From Eledone cirrhosa (taxonomy: Eukaryota): a stretch of 64,000 bases of DNA. A program made the position numbers and the translations under genes. The stretch is taken from the NCBI GenBank assembly GCA_964016885.1, contig OZ024747.1, positions 3,100,001 through 3,164,000 of the forward strand. Direction: 5' to 3'. The notes beneath the pieces were generated by a model. The model did no database searches and was not told the DNA's origin. It saw nothing but the letters and a program-made list of their open reading frames with translations. Below, in pieces: positions 62,492-64,000 of this stretch. The number at the start of each line of letters is the position of its first letter. Positions within the stretch are counted from its first letter, which is position 1.

Positions 62492-62721
62492 ATGTGTGTC
62501 TGCTTATGTGGATATATTTATATATATATATATATATACATATATATACACACACACACATACAGACATATATATATATATATATATAGGTTCATAAATG
62601 TTCTTTAATTGTTGTATGTCAAAATGGTTGACAAAGGTTTCAGATAAACCTAACATATTCAGCCAGTTTGGTTCCAGCTAACCAAATCAATTCATATACA
62701 TAATCATCATCATTATTATCG

Positions 62722-62758
<37 letters not shown>

Positions 62759-63525
62759 CATTATCTGTTTTCAATGCTGACATGAGCTGGACAGGCCATT
62801 ACAGCCCTTGTCAGTCTTTATTTGGAGCTACTGCTCTCGTAGATCAGTTGAGGGACTACATCATATGTTTGTTTTTTGAGGTGGGGGAAGAAAGCATCTG
62901 CTGCAAACGCCATATCAACAGTTTAAAATATCCAGCAGTGACATATGTTCCATAAACAATAAATAACCCTGTTGCAGTTTGATGAATGTTTGCATCTTAT
63001 GCCATATTTATGGCAGTGGATTGGAAGATTTGGTAGAGCATTGGACAAAATACTTTCTGATATTTAATTATGACTCTTTTTCATTCTGAGTTCAAATCCT
63101 GCTGAGGTCAACTTTGCTTTTCATTTATTTTTAGATTGATAAAATAAAGTACCAGTCAGGTACTGAGGTTGATTTATTCCATTTTTCCCCCTCCAGAAAA
63201 TTGCTGGTCATGTACCTAAATTAGTTATCATTTTGTCATACTTGAAATAAGTTATAGGTTGGCATCTGGAAGGATATTCAACTGTAGGAAACATGCTTTA
63301 AAAAGTCTTGTCTAACTCTTGGAAGCATGGACTCCCCCCCCCCCCCCTCAGATATAAACACAATGATGATGAGGATGAAGCTGTTGCTGGGTAAATATAT
63401 TTTACACCCTATGTACTTTAAGGGTTAAATAATTACTTGCATGTTTTATTTAGTGTTAGGCCAGATTATATCTGTTTTTATCACACCACCAGCAATCTTT
63501 AAAGTAACATTATGGGATTCACTTT

Positions 63526-64000
63526 GTTGGTTTATATATATCTAAATCCCAGCTCAATATCGAGGTGGTGTTGGTTTATATATCTCTAAATCCCTGCTCA
63601 ATATCGAGGTGGTGTTGGTTTATATATCTCTAAATCCCTGCTCAATATCGAGGTGGTGTTGGTTTATATATCTCTAAATCCCTGCTCAATATCGAGGTGG
63701 TGTTGGTTTATATATCTCTAAATCCCTGCTCAATATCGAGGTGGTGTTGGTTTATATATCTCTAAATCCCTGCTCAATATCGAGGTGGTGTTGGTTTATA
63801 TATCTCTAAATCCCTGCTCAATATCGAGGTGGTGTTGGTTTATATATCTCTAAATCCCTGCTCAATATCGAGGTGGTGTTGGTTTATATATCTCTAAATC
63901 CCTGCTCAATATCGAGGTGGTGTTGGTTTATATATCTCTAAATCCCTGCTCAATATCGAGGTGGTGTTGGTTTATATATCTCTAAATCCCTGCTCAATAT
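63526..64000. repeat. Homogeneous 44-bp minisatellite (at least 10.8 copies, runs off the window)
   Basis: Unit TTGGTTTATATATCTCTAAATCCCTGCTCAATATCGAGGTGGTG; the copies are essentially identical. Confidence 0.97.

Noticed and set aside
63526-64000. CRISPR-like periodic array
   Set aside because: The units abut with no unique spacers, there are no cas genes, and the context is eukaryotic. The same applies to the 28-, 48- and 72-bp arrays.

Overview
This is AT-rich, microsatellite-laden animal genomic DNA that most likely comes from a coleoid cephalopod (Octopus-like). That origin is inferred from the gene family, the repeats and the base composition. The window holds two complete tandem protocadherin genes on the + strand, about 44.4 kb apart. 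PcdhA has CDS exons 4267-6663, 9569-9746 and 13176-13399 (932 aa). PcdhB has CDS exons 48652-51036, 58125-58293 and 59689-59963 (942 aa). Each has one large exon (signal peptide, 6 EC repeats, TM) and its own two cytoplasmic exons. The rest is tRNA-derived SINEs of two families, fragments of RTE, CR1, R4 and CRE LINEs, several MITE/foldback elements, a Helitron-like element and mini/microsatellites. Most notable observations: (1) The paralogs are a patchwork of near-identical tracts (EC2-EC3, EC6-TM, CM1-like exon) and strongly diverged tracts (EC1, EC4-5, last exon), suggesting segmental gene conversion that leaves EC1/EC4 as the variable recognition surfaces. (2) The EC3-EC4 joint appears Ca2+-deficient. 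(3) Both genes have candidate alternative short terminal exons. (4) Intron 2 of PcdhA contains a minimal hammerhead ribozyme, a 211-bp foldback and a GC-rich CRE fragment. (5) Inverted SINE pairs flank exons. All alignments and counts were done by eye.
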